Source: Octopus sinensis
Lineage: Eukaryota
Length of the DNA stretch: 38,988 nucleotides
NCBI RefSeq assembly: GCF_006345805.1
Contig: NW_021835731.1
Coordinates: 1 to 38,988, forward strand
Reading direction: 5' to 3'
Made by a program: the position numbers and the translations under genes. The notes under the pieces are model-generated. The model was not told where the DNA came from and ran no database searches. It saw only the letters and a program-made list of their open reading frames with translations. Shown here piece after piece: positions 1 to 11,744 of the stretch (positions are counted from its first letter, which is position 1; each line of letters starts with the position of its first letter).

Positions 1-305
1 AAAAAGCACCATCCGAACGTGGCCGATTGCATCGCCGCCTTGACTTGCTTCAGTGCCGGTGGAACGTAAAAAGCACCAACCGATCATTGCCGCTGCGAGC
101 CTCCCTGGCACCTGTGCCGGCGGCAAAAAAAAGCACCCACTACACTCACAGAGTGGTTGGCGTTAGGAAGGTTCATCCACCTGGTAGAAACACTGCCAGA
201 TCAGACTGGAGCCTGTGCAGCCTCCTGGCTTCCAGACCCCGGTCACACTGTCGCAACCCGTGCTAGCACGGAAAACGGACGTTAAACGATGATGATGATG
301 ATGAT
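1..305 (+). mobile_element. 3' part of retroposon with (GAT)n tail (copy in unit A)
   Basis: GC-rich body containing GGCGTTAGGAAGG...GTAGAAA, ending GGACGTTAAAC(GAT)6. Duplicated at 2325-2635. Family not assigned. Confidence 0.6.
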
Positions 306-1145
306 TCTCCGTATTTGTTTCTCTCTCCTTTCTCTCACTTTCCCACTCTATTACTTTCTTTTCTCTCGGACTCTCCCTCGCTTTCTCTACTCTCTATCTT
401 TATCTATCTCTCTCTCCCATTTATAAACAACAAAAGATCTTGAGTAAGTTGAGAAATAAAATATTTAGAAGATCAATCATAAATATAAGGCAGTAACAAC
501 GAAAGGTCTGCTTGAAGGCAGACAGCAAAACGCTAACATTTAAAAGGGACAGACGAACTTGCGAGCTGAATAAAAATAATAAATATTGGAAAGCAAGTTT
601 TGAAGGGATAGAATCTGAGGATAGTAGAGTCACCATGGCTGGCATTTCTTAACGACGGACAGCAACGTATTGACAGTTTAACGGCTGGTTGTAAAATTTT
701 GAACTTGATGTAAAAGAAAATTCGTAAACACCAAGTTTTGAAGTGATTCTTTCTCAGGACAGTAGACTCACCATGGCAAGCATTCAAAACCTCTTCATCA
801 TGGACGGCACAACACATTGAAGATTAAAAGGCTGGCGCCAATTTTTAGCTTGATGTAAACAGAGAATTCCTAACACTCGCTCCTGAAATTTTAATCCCCT
901 TCCAGCCCCATTTAGACCTCTTTTCACATTTGGTTAATATAACCCGATTTCATTCGGGTCTACTGGGGCCACATTTTATAAGATGATGAATTTTTGTCCT
1001 AGAGGTGACGCCTTTCATTCGAGGAAAAAATAGTTGTCATGCAAACTTGCCAGCACTTTTAACATAGGTGTGCATATATTTTCAGCTGAATCGACCGACT
1101 ACGTAATGCACACATTATATATATTATATATATATATATATATAT

Positions 1146-1244
<99 letters not shown>

Positions 1245-2256
1245 TGCACGCATTATATATACAATTGTATACAAATGAGATATATATCTGTATTTAAATT
1301 AAATTAGGATAAAACACTAATAGGCAAACCAAACAGTGAAAAACCAAAAACAAAAACATTAAAAAAATATAATATAGAAAATATAGAAATATTAAAAATT
1401 GAAAAATTTAAATTATTTAAATTGAAAATAAAAATTATTAACTTATATTCATAATTTGTTTAAAAATATATAACTTTGAAAAAGTATGAAAAAGTTTAAT
1501 ATACATAAATACAGATATATACACTTTGTATATATACATTATATATACTTATTTATATATAGAACACACACATACATTATATATTACATATTTATATATA
1601 GAACACACACACAAACATTTATTATATATTTATATAGAACACACACACACACACATACATTATATATACATATTTATATATAGAAAACACACACACACAC
1701 ATACATTATATATACATATTTATGTATAGAACACACACACACACACACATTACATTATATATACAGATTTATGTATAGAACACACACACACACCACACAC
1801 ACACATTATATATACAGATTTACATATAGAACACACACACACACACACATATAAATGAACGCAAGAATATCTGATTCATAATATTTGTTCTCATGCTCGT
1901 GTGTTGTTGGTGACAGACAGATACATAAAAGAACGTCGATGTGATGGGAAGGTAGGAAACAGAGTGAGTGAAAAAGAGAGGAAATAACGAGAGTGACAGA
2001 TAATTTAAATAACGGTAGTGGAACTGTCAAAGTTATAAATGAAGAAGCGTGAGAGGGTACTGGAGGAAATAGCGTGAGTGAGGAAGATGGCCTCTAGCAA
2101 CCACACCTTTTAAGATAGGGATTTCTAAGGTAGCCCACGATCATCGTCACCTCATTCTACATGTCCCTGTAAATTTTGGAGCGAATCGGACGGGTTGTAG
2201 TGGCATTGAAAGCGATCCAAGCGGTAAAAACGCATTTCAGTTTTATATATAGAAGA
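1..2256 (-). mobile_element. Helitron-like non-autonomous unit A (5' end at 2256; runs off window start)
   Basis: Minus strand begins TCTTCTATATATAAAACTG at 2256, a typical Helitron 5' TC terminus. Colinear with 2332-5370 over its length. The 3' end lies outside the window. Confidence 0.7.
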
Positions 2257-2324
2257 CTAGCTGAAGGTGACCCGCTCTACGCGCGGGTAAGAGTGTGGTT
2301 GTTACTTTCTGTTGCTTCCTTTCA

Positions 2325-2635
2325 GCACGTAAAAAGCACCATCCGAACGTGGCCGATTGCAGCGCCGCCTTGACTGGCTTCTGTGGCAGTGGCACGTAAA
2401 AAGCACCAGCCGATCGTTGCCGCTGCGAGCCCCCCTGGCACCTGTGCCGGCGGCACGAAAAAAGCACCCACTACACTCACAGAGTGGTTGGCGTTAGGAA
2501 GGTCATCCACCTGTAGAAACACTGCCAGATCAGACTGGAGCCTGCTGCAGCCTCCTGGCTTCCCAGACCCCGGTCAAACTGTCCAACCCGTGCTAGCTCG
2601 GAAAACGGACGTTAAACGATGATGATGATGATGAT
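2325..2635 (+). mobile_element. 3' part of retroposon with (GAT)n tail (copy in unit B)
   Basis: Near-identical to 1-305, 5'-truncated, same (GAT)n tail and same downstream flank. Confidence 0.6.
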
Positions 2636-3293
2636 TCTCCGTATTTGTTTCTCTCTCCTTTCTCTCACTTTCCCACTCTCTTACTTTTCTTTTCTCTCGG
2701 ACTCTCCCTCGCTTTCTCTTACTCTCTATCTTTATCTATCTCTCTCCCATTTATAAACAACAAAAGATCTTGAGTAAGTTGAGAAATAAAATATTTAGAA
2801 AGAACAATCATGAATATCAGGCAGTGGCAACGGAAAGGTCTGCTTGAAGGCAGACAGCAAAACGCTAACATTTAAAAGGGACAGACGAACTTGCGAGCTG
2901 AATAAAAATAATAAAATATTGGAAAGAAAAGTTTGAAGGGATAGAATTTGAGGATAGTAGAGTCACCATGGCTGGCATTTCTTAACAACGGACAGCAACG
3001 TATTGACAGTTTAACGGCTGGCGTAAAATTTTGAACTTGATGTAAAAGAAAATTCGTAAACACCAAGTTTTGAAGTGATTCTTTCTCAGGACAGTAGACT
3101 CACCATGGCAAGCATTCAAAACCTCTTCATCATGGACGGCAACACATTGAAGATTAAAAGGCTGGCGCCAATTTTTTAGCTTGATGTAACAGAGAATTCC
3201 TAAACACTCGCTCCTTGAAATTTTAATCCCCTTCCAGCCCCATTTATACCCCTTATTCACCTTTTGGTTAATATAACCCGATTTCATTCGGGC

Positions 3294-3940
3294 CGCAGCT
3301 CCGACAGCGATAAAGAAAATGAATTGGCACCTGAATGGAGTGAAAATTGAAAAACTGTTTCTTTCGGTGATTTTTCTGAAGAAACTGGACCAAGCCACAG
3401 ACTTTCCCAGAAGAGTAAAGCCTTAGACTATTTCTTTTTACTTTTTCGAATGAGCCTATTTGAAATCATTTCGGCGGAAACGACCCGTTACGCTGAATGT
3501 AAACAAAGCGAAAGAAAGGATAGTTAGTGGTTTCCCACAACCTTAAATGAAATTAAGACTATTTTGCCATAAATATTATTATGGGTATCAGAAAGTTACC
3601 CAGAATAACAAATTCTATCGTAAAATTTTGTTGTATACCCAATTGAATATTAGCTAATACCCATTTCTATAGCGATGTTTGAACAAAATTTTAATAATTT
3701 TATATTTTGTTGAATTTACCTGTATCTACTTGCAATTAGAGTCACTTTGTGACAAAAATTATAGTATAGAATTGGTTGAGAACATTTCATTAAATTATCT
3801 TCCAAAAATCAAATTAATATATTGATAAATAAAAAAAGTTATAGTTGTTTAATGAAACCAGACTAACTTTATGATTATGTTAGAAATTAATTGAAACACA
3901 TAAGGGGTGTATTTTGTTCAGAAATATAGTAACGAAAGGG
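3294..3940 (+). mobile_element. piggyBac (PGBD4-like) internally deleted fragment with right terminus
   Basis: 3294-3615 translates SSDSDKENELAPEWSEN*KTVSFGDFSEETGPSHRLSQKSKALDYFFLLFRMSLFEIISAETTRYAE...*WFPTTLNEIKT/FAINIIMGIRKLPRI (2 stops, 1 frameshift), matching the piggyBac N-terminal domain. Ends ...GTAACGAAAGGG followed by TTAA (3941-3944). Left TIR not found. Confidence 0.8.
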
Positions 3941-4213
3941 TTAATAGGTGTGCATATTTTCAGCTGAACCGACCGACCACATAATGCACCATTATTATAT
4001 ATATATATTATATATATATATAATATATATATATATACTATATATATTATATATATATCATGTTGTGTGTGTGTGTGTGTGCACGCATTATATATACAAA
4101 TTATATATATATGTTAGAAATTAAATTATGAGATAAAACCACTAGTAGGCAAAAACAAAAAAACAAAAAACATATATATATATATATAGATATATATATA
4201 TATATATATATAT

Positions 4214-4244
<31 letters not shown>

Positions 4245-4460
4245 CACGCATTATATATACAATTATATATATATATATATATATGTATAATTGAATTAGA
4301 GATAAAACCACTAATAGGCAAAAAAAACAAAAACAAAAACATAAAAATAAAAATATAATATAGAAAATATATAAAATTGAAAAATTTAAATTATTTAAAT
4401 TTAGAATAAAAATTATTAAATTATATTTATAATTTGTTTAAAAATATATATATAACTATA

Positions 4461-4866
4461 GGCGCAGGAGTGGCTGTGTGGTAAGTAGCTTGCTAACCAA
4501 CCACATGGTTCCGGGTTCAGTTCCACTGCGTGGCACCTCGGGCAAGTGTCTTCTGCTATAGCCTCGGGCCGACCAATGCCTTGTGAGTGCATTTGGTAGA
4601 CGGAAACTGAAAGAAGCCTGTCGTATATATGTATATATATACCTGTATGTGTGTGTGTGTTTGTGTGTCTGTGTTTGTCCCCCTAGCATTGCTTGACAAC
4701 CGATGCTGGTGTGTTTACGTCCCCGTCACTTAGCGGTTCGGCAAAAGAGACCGATAGAATACAGGGCTTACAAAGGATAAGTCCCGGGGTCGATTTGCTC
4801 GACTAAAGGCGGTGCTCCAGCATGGCCGCAGTCAAATGACTGAAACAAGTAAAAGAGTAAAAGAGT
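4461..4866 (+). mobile_element. tRNA-derived CORE-like SINE (family 1), full length
   Basis: Head with A/B-box-like motifs (TGGCTGTGTGGT, GGGTTCAGTTCC), CORE-like GCACCTCGGGCAAGTGTCTT, internal (TA)/(TG) microsatellite, tail AAAAGAGTAAAAGAGT. Many copies in window. Confidence 0.85.
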
Positions 4867-5460
4867 ATACATAAATACAGATATATACACTTTGTATATA
4901 TACATTATATATACAAATTTATATATCGAACACACACACACATATATATATATAAATGAACGCAATGAATATCTGATTCATAATATTTGTTCTCATGATT
5001 GTGTGTTGTTGGTGGCGATGATAATTCTCCCTATGAACGCAGACAGATACATCAAAGAACGCTGTCTGACGAACTTATAAAGGGAAAGTGAAAGGGAGTT
5101 GAGGGGAATACATTAAATAACGGTAGTGGAACTGTCAAAGTTATACATGAAGAGGAGTAAGAGGGGAATGGAGGAAATAGCGTGAGTGAGGAAGATGGCC
5201 CCTAGCAACCACACCTTTTAAGATATGGTTTTCTAAGGTAGCCCACGGGCATCGTCACCTCATTCTACATGTCCCTGTAAATTTTGGAGCGAATCGGATG
5301 GGATGTAGTGGCATTGAAAGCGATCCAAGCGGTAAAAACGCATTTCAGTTTTATATATATATATATATATATACACGCACACCATTATAAAGTCATTATT
5401 TAATGATTTATGAGTGGCCAACAAACTAATAATACCATAATAATTCATTTATATTTTTTA

Positions 5461-5684
5461 TTTCTTTATTGCCCACAAGGGGCTAAACATAGAGGGGACA
5501 AACAAGGACAGACAAAGGGATTAAGTCGATTACATCGACCCCAGTTCGTAACTGGTACTTATTTAATCGACCCTGAAAGGATGAAAGGCAAAGTCGAGCT
5601 CGGCGGAATTTGAACTCAGAATGTAGCGGCAGACGAAATACTGCTAAGCATTTCGCCCGGCCTGCTAACGATTCTGCCACCTTA
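5461..5684 (-). mobile_element. SINE family 2 (Nin/Deu-like domain), monomer
   Basis: Reverse complement of head, B-box GAGTTCAAATTCC, GCCTTTCATCCTTTC.GGGTCGAT..ATAAGTACC domain, tail ending AATAAAGAAA. Confidence 0.8.
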
Positions 5685-5884
5685 CATTAAATTATACTAA
5701 TTATAATAAGGATGTTGAGTGATTACAGCGACTATCTGCAAGAAACAGACGCCAAAAGGTTTATAAACCACTTAAAATTATTACTCCAATACTGTAAGGT
5801 TGTAAGCGAGGGAAATTGACAGAGAGGATTTATAAAATATTTTGAATAGAACTATTGCGATACTGGACTTAAAATTTTAAGTGG

Positions 5885-6450
5885 TAAGGCGGCGAGCTGG
5901 CAGAACCGTTAGCACGCCGGGCGAAATGAATAGCCGTATTTCGTCTGCCGTTGCGTTCTGAGTTCAAATTCCGCCGAAGTCGACTTAGCCTTTCATCCTT
6001 TCGGGGTCGATTAAATAAGTACTAGTTACGCACTGGAGTCGATATAATCGACTTGTCCTCTCTGTGTTTAGTCCCTTGTGGTTAGTAAAGAAATAGGTAT
6101 TTCGTCTGCCGTTACGTTCTGAGTTCAAATTCCACCGAGGTCGACTTTGCTTTCATCCTTTCGGGGTCGATAAATCAAGTACCAGTTACGTACTGGGGTC
6201 GATATAATCGATTTAATCCGTTTGACTGTCCTTGTTTGTCCCCTTCATGTTTAGCCTGTTGTGGGCAATAAAGAAATAGGTATTTCGTCTATCTTTATAT
6301 TCTGAGTTCAAATTCCACCGAGGTCGACTTTGCCTTTCATCCTTTCGGGGTCGATAAATTAAGTACCAGTTGCGCACCGGGGTCGATGTAATCGACTGGC
6401 TCCCTCACCCAAAATTTCGGGCCTTGTGCCTTGAATAGAAAAGATTAATT
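5885..6450 (+). mobile_element. SINE family 2 with 3 tandem internal modules
   Basis: Head TAAGGCGGCGAGCTGGCAG. Domain copies at ~6017, 6177, 6361 (periods 160 and 184). Alternative tail ...GGGCCTTGTGCC..AATAGAAAAG. Confidence 0.85.
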
Positions 6451-6889
6451 TTAAGTGGTTTATAGAGTTATTAGCGTCTATATCTAGCAGAAAGACGGTG
6501 TAATCATTGCTCGTCCTTATTATAATATATATAAATATATATAATATTCCATAATATATATAAATATTTTATATATGTAAACGAAACGGATGCTGTCTAA
6601 ATAAAAAAACAAAACAATTTGATATGAAACGTAAAGCTTACTGCGACATTCCTGTAATTCTACTTTTAAAATTCTCGTTTCGTTCTTTTCTATTCTTTCC
6701 GTGGAAACGGCGAATTGTTCCAAGTTGTTTTTGTTGTTTTATTGTAGTTTTATTTTTTTATTGTTTCTGTTGGTTTTTTTTTTTTGCCATACATCCTTTC
6801 CGGGTCGATGAAAGAAGTACGAGTTGAAAATATTGGAGTCGATGTAATCGACTAGCTATATGTATACATATATATAGGTATATGTTTGG

Positions 6890-7017
6890 GTGTCTGTGTT
6901 TGTCCCCCTCCAACATCGCTCGACAGCCGATGCTGGTGTGTTTACGTCCCCGTCACTAAGCTTACAAAGAATAAGTCCTGGGGTCGATTTGCTCGACTAA
7001 ATGTGGTGCTCCATCAT
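6890..7017 (+). mobile_element. SINE family 1 tail fragment
   Basis: Matches the 3' half of 4461-4866 with an internal deletion. Confidence 0.7.
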
Positions 7018-7282
7018 GAGCATCATGATAACACAGAAACCATAACAAGAATACAAGCACACTTATTACTGTAGCTGCAAAAGTCGCTGCAACATCATCA
7101 ATACGTTCAAGTAACATCTCAACGACTTCAGCTCCAATTGCTACCTGTACAGTCACCACTTTAACAACTGCCACCTACACACAGCAAACACCTGTAAACA
7201 ACTGACAACGACAAACGCGTCACACCTCACAACATCCTGTTTACCTGCAATCACAAATGTGCGCGCACAAACACACACACAA

Positions 7283-7420
7283 AAGCATGGCTGTGAGGTA
7301 AGAAGCTTGCTTTCCACTCACATGTTTCCGTGTTAAGGGCCACTACATGGCATTTTGGGCAGGTAATTTCTGGTAGAGCCTCGGACAGACTAATGACTTC
7401 TGAGTGGATTTCGTATATAT
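7283..7420 (+). mobile_element. Degenerate SINE family 1 head
   Basis: GCATGGCTGTGAGGTAAGAAGCTTGC...TTGGGCAGGT resembles the family 1 head and CORE region. Confidence 0.6.
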
Positions 7421-7662
7421 ATATATATACGATGTAGTATGGAATTTTGTCAGTGATCAGTTTGCGGTCTCAAAGCGACGAAAATATTTTGGCAAATTAA
7501 ATTTAAATGTTGAAGTGAATCTAACGGTATTTGTATGTTTTAAATGGCTTATAAATACCTTCCACGCTGAAATTGTTTTCGTTCCAGCACACGATCTCAG
7601 ATCAGGTCACTTACTATGCAAGTACATCTCCAACAATATATATATATATACACATATATTAT

Positions 7663-8056
7663 TTTATTCTTTTACTTGTTTCAGTTATTTGACTGCGACT
7701 ATGTTGGGGCATCGCCTTTAGTCGAACGAATCGATCCCCAGGACTTATTCTTTGAAACTCTAATACTTATTCTATCGCTCATTTATGCTGAACCGCTATC
7801 TTACGGGGACGAAAGCATACCAGCATCAGTTGTCAAGATATGGTGGGCGGGACAAACATAGATACCGACACAAACACACACACACATATATATACAACGG
7901 GCTTCTTTCAGTTTCCCTCTAACAAATTCACTCACAAGGATTTGTTCGTCCCGAGGCTATAGTAGAAGACGCTTGCCCAAGGTGCCACGCAGTGGGACTG
8001 AACCCGGAACCATGTGGTTGGGAAGCAAGCTTCATTCCGCAGTCACTTCTGTGTCT
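7663..8056 (-). mobile_element. SINE family 1, full length
   Basis: Reverse complement of 4461-4866 architecture. Confidence 0.8.
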
Positions 8057-8174
8057 ACACACACACACGCACACACATATATACGTATATATATATTTTT
8101 TTCTACACGTATATATACACATATATAAACAAATATATATATATATATTTTCTACACGTATATATATACATATG

Positions 8175-8468
8175 TGGAGGCGCAATGGCCCAGTGGTTAG
8201 GGCAGCGGACTCGCGGTCGTAGGATCGCGGTTTCGATTCCCAGACCGGGCGTTGTGAGTGTTTATTGAGCGAAAACACCTAAAAGCTCCACGAGGCTCCG
8301 GCAGGGGGTGGTGATCCCTGCTGTACTCCTTCACCACTCTTTCTTCTGTTGGCCTGCTCACTTAGCCAGCGGGGTGGCGTCATTCGAAGGCTAAAACAAT
8401 GCGAACGCATTGTGACCAGCGATGTGTAACTACATCTGATGGACTGGTCGGTCACGTGATCACGTGAT
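8175..8468 (+). mobile_element. tRNA-derived SINE family 3
   Basis: A-box TGGCCCAGTGGTT and B-box GGTTTCGATTCCC. Second copy at 23378-23664. Confidence 0.8.
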
Positions 8469-8547
8469 AATATATACATATATATAGATACATACAAACA
8501 TACATATATATAAATATATAATATATACATATACCCCCTCATCCCAA

Positions 8548-8610
<63 letters not shown>

Positions 8611-8655
8611 ACAAGTATATATACACAGGTGTATATATATATATATATATATATA

Positions 8656-8708
<53 letters not shown>

Positions 8709-9197
8709 CAAAACGCACGCTGTCTTAATAAAAAGAAACAAAAACAAAACAATTCGAACTGGAAAGTAAAACTTACTTCAACATTGCAGTGATTCCGTTT
8801 TTGAAATTCGTGTTTCGTTCCTTTCCATTCTTTCCGTGCAAACTGCGAACTGTTCCAAGTTGTTGTTGTTGTTGTTTTTGCTGTTTTTGTTTTTGTTTTT
8901 GCTGTTGTTGTTTTTGTTGTTATTTGCGGCTGCTGTTCTTCTTTTTATCGCTGTCGGTACTTCCGTTGATGCTCTCCCGAACCCTGCCGCAGAATAAGCA
9001 TAGTGAAAGTTGTACTCTCAACCCACGTGATCGCTGTTGTTGTTGATATTGCTGTTGTCGTAGCAGCTAGCTGTTGTTGTTGTTAATGCAACTGTTGCTT
9101 GTTTTCCAATTGTTCTTATTGTTATTATTATTGTTACAGCTACGGTTGCCAGGTATTGCCTACCTATGACATAAGTAGCAGTAGTAGTAGTAGTAGT

Positions 9198-9256
<59 letters not shown>

Positions 9257-9312
9257 GTATTATAGGGGTGGTGGTGGTGATAATCATTTGATTAACAGAA
9301 TCGACCACTTTC

Positions 9313-9720
9313 TGATGGAATTCGTCAACATACCGGAGAAAATGCTTAACAACATTTCGTCCAACTTCACGTTCTTAGTTCAAACCCCGCCGAGGTCGAC
9401 TTTGCCTTTCATCCTTTCGGGGTCGATTAAATAAGTACCAGTTACGCACAGGAGTTCGATATAATCGACTTAATCCGTTTGTCTGTCCTTGTTTATCCCC
9501 CCCCCCCCTGTGTTTAGCCCCTTGTGGGTAGTAAAGAAATAGGTATTTCGTGTGCCGCTACGTTCCCAGTTCTAACCCCGCCGAGGTCGACTTAATCCGT
9601 TTCGGGGTCGATTAAATAAGTACCAGTTACGCACTGGGGGTTGGTCGATGTATTCGAATAGTTCCCCCACTCTCCTCCCGAAATTGCTGGCCTTGTGCTT
9701 GTTATAGAAAGGATTAATAT
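9313..9720 (+). mobile_element. SINE family 2, degenerate, 2 modules
   Basis: Two copies of the CCGAGGTCGAC...GGGGTCGATTAAATAAGTACC segment (second partly deleted) plus tail. Confidence 0.75.
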
Positions 9721-9839
9721 TGTTGTTGCTGCTGTTATTAATTAATTAAATTAAATAATTAATTAAATTAATTAATCAATTATTATTTGCTGGTAGTGGT
9801 TGTTTTAGTAATTTTAGACATTATCTTTCTCAAGAAAGA

Positions 9840-10480
9840 ATTGGCAACAACCACCTGACCATCAGCGCCAGCACCACCACCACCACCACCATTAGCATCA
9901 CGACCTCTTCCTCCTCCTCTTCCTCCTCCTACTACAGCCATTACCACCACGCAACACCCACCACCGTCGAATCACTATCACTACCACTACTACTACCACC
10001 ACACTGACTACCAACACAGTATCTGCTAGAGCTACGACTGTCGTCTTCACAACTACCACAGCTACTACCACCGCCACAACCACAACAGTTATAACTACCA
10101 CTGCCACTACAACCACTACAGTTATAACTACCCCCACTACAACTACTACAGATGCAATGATCGTTACTACAGAACCAGTAGCTACAGCTACCACCTTCAC
10201 ACAATGTACAGCTGTTACCACAATCCCAACTACCGCCGATACCACAATTACGTCCCTAATTACATCCACAATAGATAGATGAAACACTTTGTCAGCTACC
10301 AGATCTACTAGCACCCATACAATAATAATAATAATAATATACACATCTAACATCTCAGCAACTACAGCTTCAACTAGAACCTCTACAGCCACCACATTCA
10401 AAACTACTACCCTCACAAAACAAAATAGTTGTACTCAAGTGAAAACCACATCCGTTCGCACCTCACTACATCATGTATAC
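9840..10480 (+). repeat. Decayed (ACN)n trinucleotide low-complexity tract
   Basis: Phase-preserved ACT/ACC/ACA triplets giving a Thr-rich frame with one TGA at 10280-10282. Confidence 0.7.
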
Positions 10481-11744
10481 ACACACACACACAAGCATGC
10501 ATGAATACATATATACATGTATGCACATGTAGAGATGTGTAGAGGCACCTGAACAATTATATAGACACACATTCATATATAGATCCATCCGTACATAGGC
10601 ACGCGCACGCACACACACCTCTCTCTATATATACATATATACGGGCATATATTATATATTATATATATATATACATACATACAAGTATATATATATATAT
10701 ATGATAAATATATATATACAGTTATATATATATGTATATATATACGAGTATATATACACAGGTATATGTACCTATACAGTTATATCACAGGTAAATATAT
10801 TATATATACATATACTGTGTATATATACTTGTATATATATATACATATATATATATACCTGTATATATATATACTGGTATGTATGTATATATATAATATA
10901 TTATATATATATATACAAGCATATATACATATATATATATATATATATACAAGTATATACACAGGTATATATGTATGTATATATACAGGTACATACACAC
11001 ACAAGTATATACACACGCATACGTACATTTACAAACGAACATGTAGATACAAGTTTTTAAAGTTGCTTGCGAATCTTCTCCATCGCCATCACTGCCGCCG
11101 CCATCATCCGTTCCAGCACGACCATCCACCATTGTTCTTCTCATCAGCCCTGACCACCGCCACCACCACTACCACCACCACCACCACAACCACCACCACA
11201 ACCAGTACAACTACCACCACAGCTACCACCAGTACCATCGCAACAACAACTCCCCCACCACCATCTCAACCACAACCATCGTCATTATTATCGTCATCAT
11301 CATCATCATCATCACCACTACCATCATCATCATCATCATCGTAATCATCGTTCTCCTCCTCCTCCTCCTCCTCTTCCTCCACCTCCTCAATCACCTATCA
11401 TGACCACTCGTTTAATGATTATTGACACCTGTATTTTTTTGTTGTATTTGCATGAAAAGGCATACCTGTGCGCGTGCACGAATACATCAAACCCCCGCCG
11501 CCTACAACCCACCCCCACACAAACACGGATACACACTCACACGCGCGCACACACACACACACGCGCGCGCGCGCGCGCGGCTGTATCTGACGGTTGCTGT
11601 CCGAACAGGGATGAAACGATTAGACAGTGTCTCAGGTGTTGGACTTTTCATTAGAAGTGCTCGTTTTCCCCTCTTCGACCGCATTACGCCCTCTCGCTTT
11701 TCTTTTCAGAGCAGAAAACTACAATGTAGATTATCTTAATGTCA

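Larger units (their letters stand above)
2257..5370 (-). mobile_element. Helitron-like non-autonomous unit B with nested cargo
   Basis: Minus-strand 3' end is hairpin ACCCGC-GCGTAGA-GCGGGT (2270-2288), 9 nt, then CTAG (2257-2260). The 5' region (5113-5370) matches unit A 2022-2250 and ends in (TA)n. Confidence 0.7.

Noticed and set aside
1-305. Assigning the (GAT)n-tailed repeat to a named SINE superfamily or RTE clade
   Set aside because: I cannot recall the diagnostic consensus reliably; left unassigned.
8175-8250. SINE heads as tRNA genes
   Set aside because: A/B boxes are present but I see no complete cloverleaf, and they continue into repeated SINE bodies.
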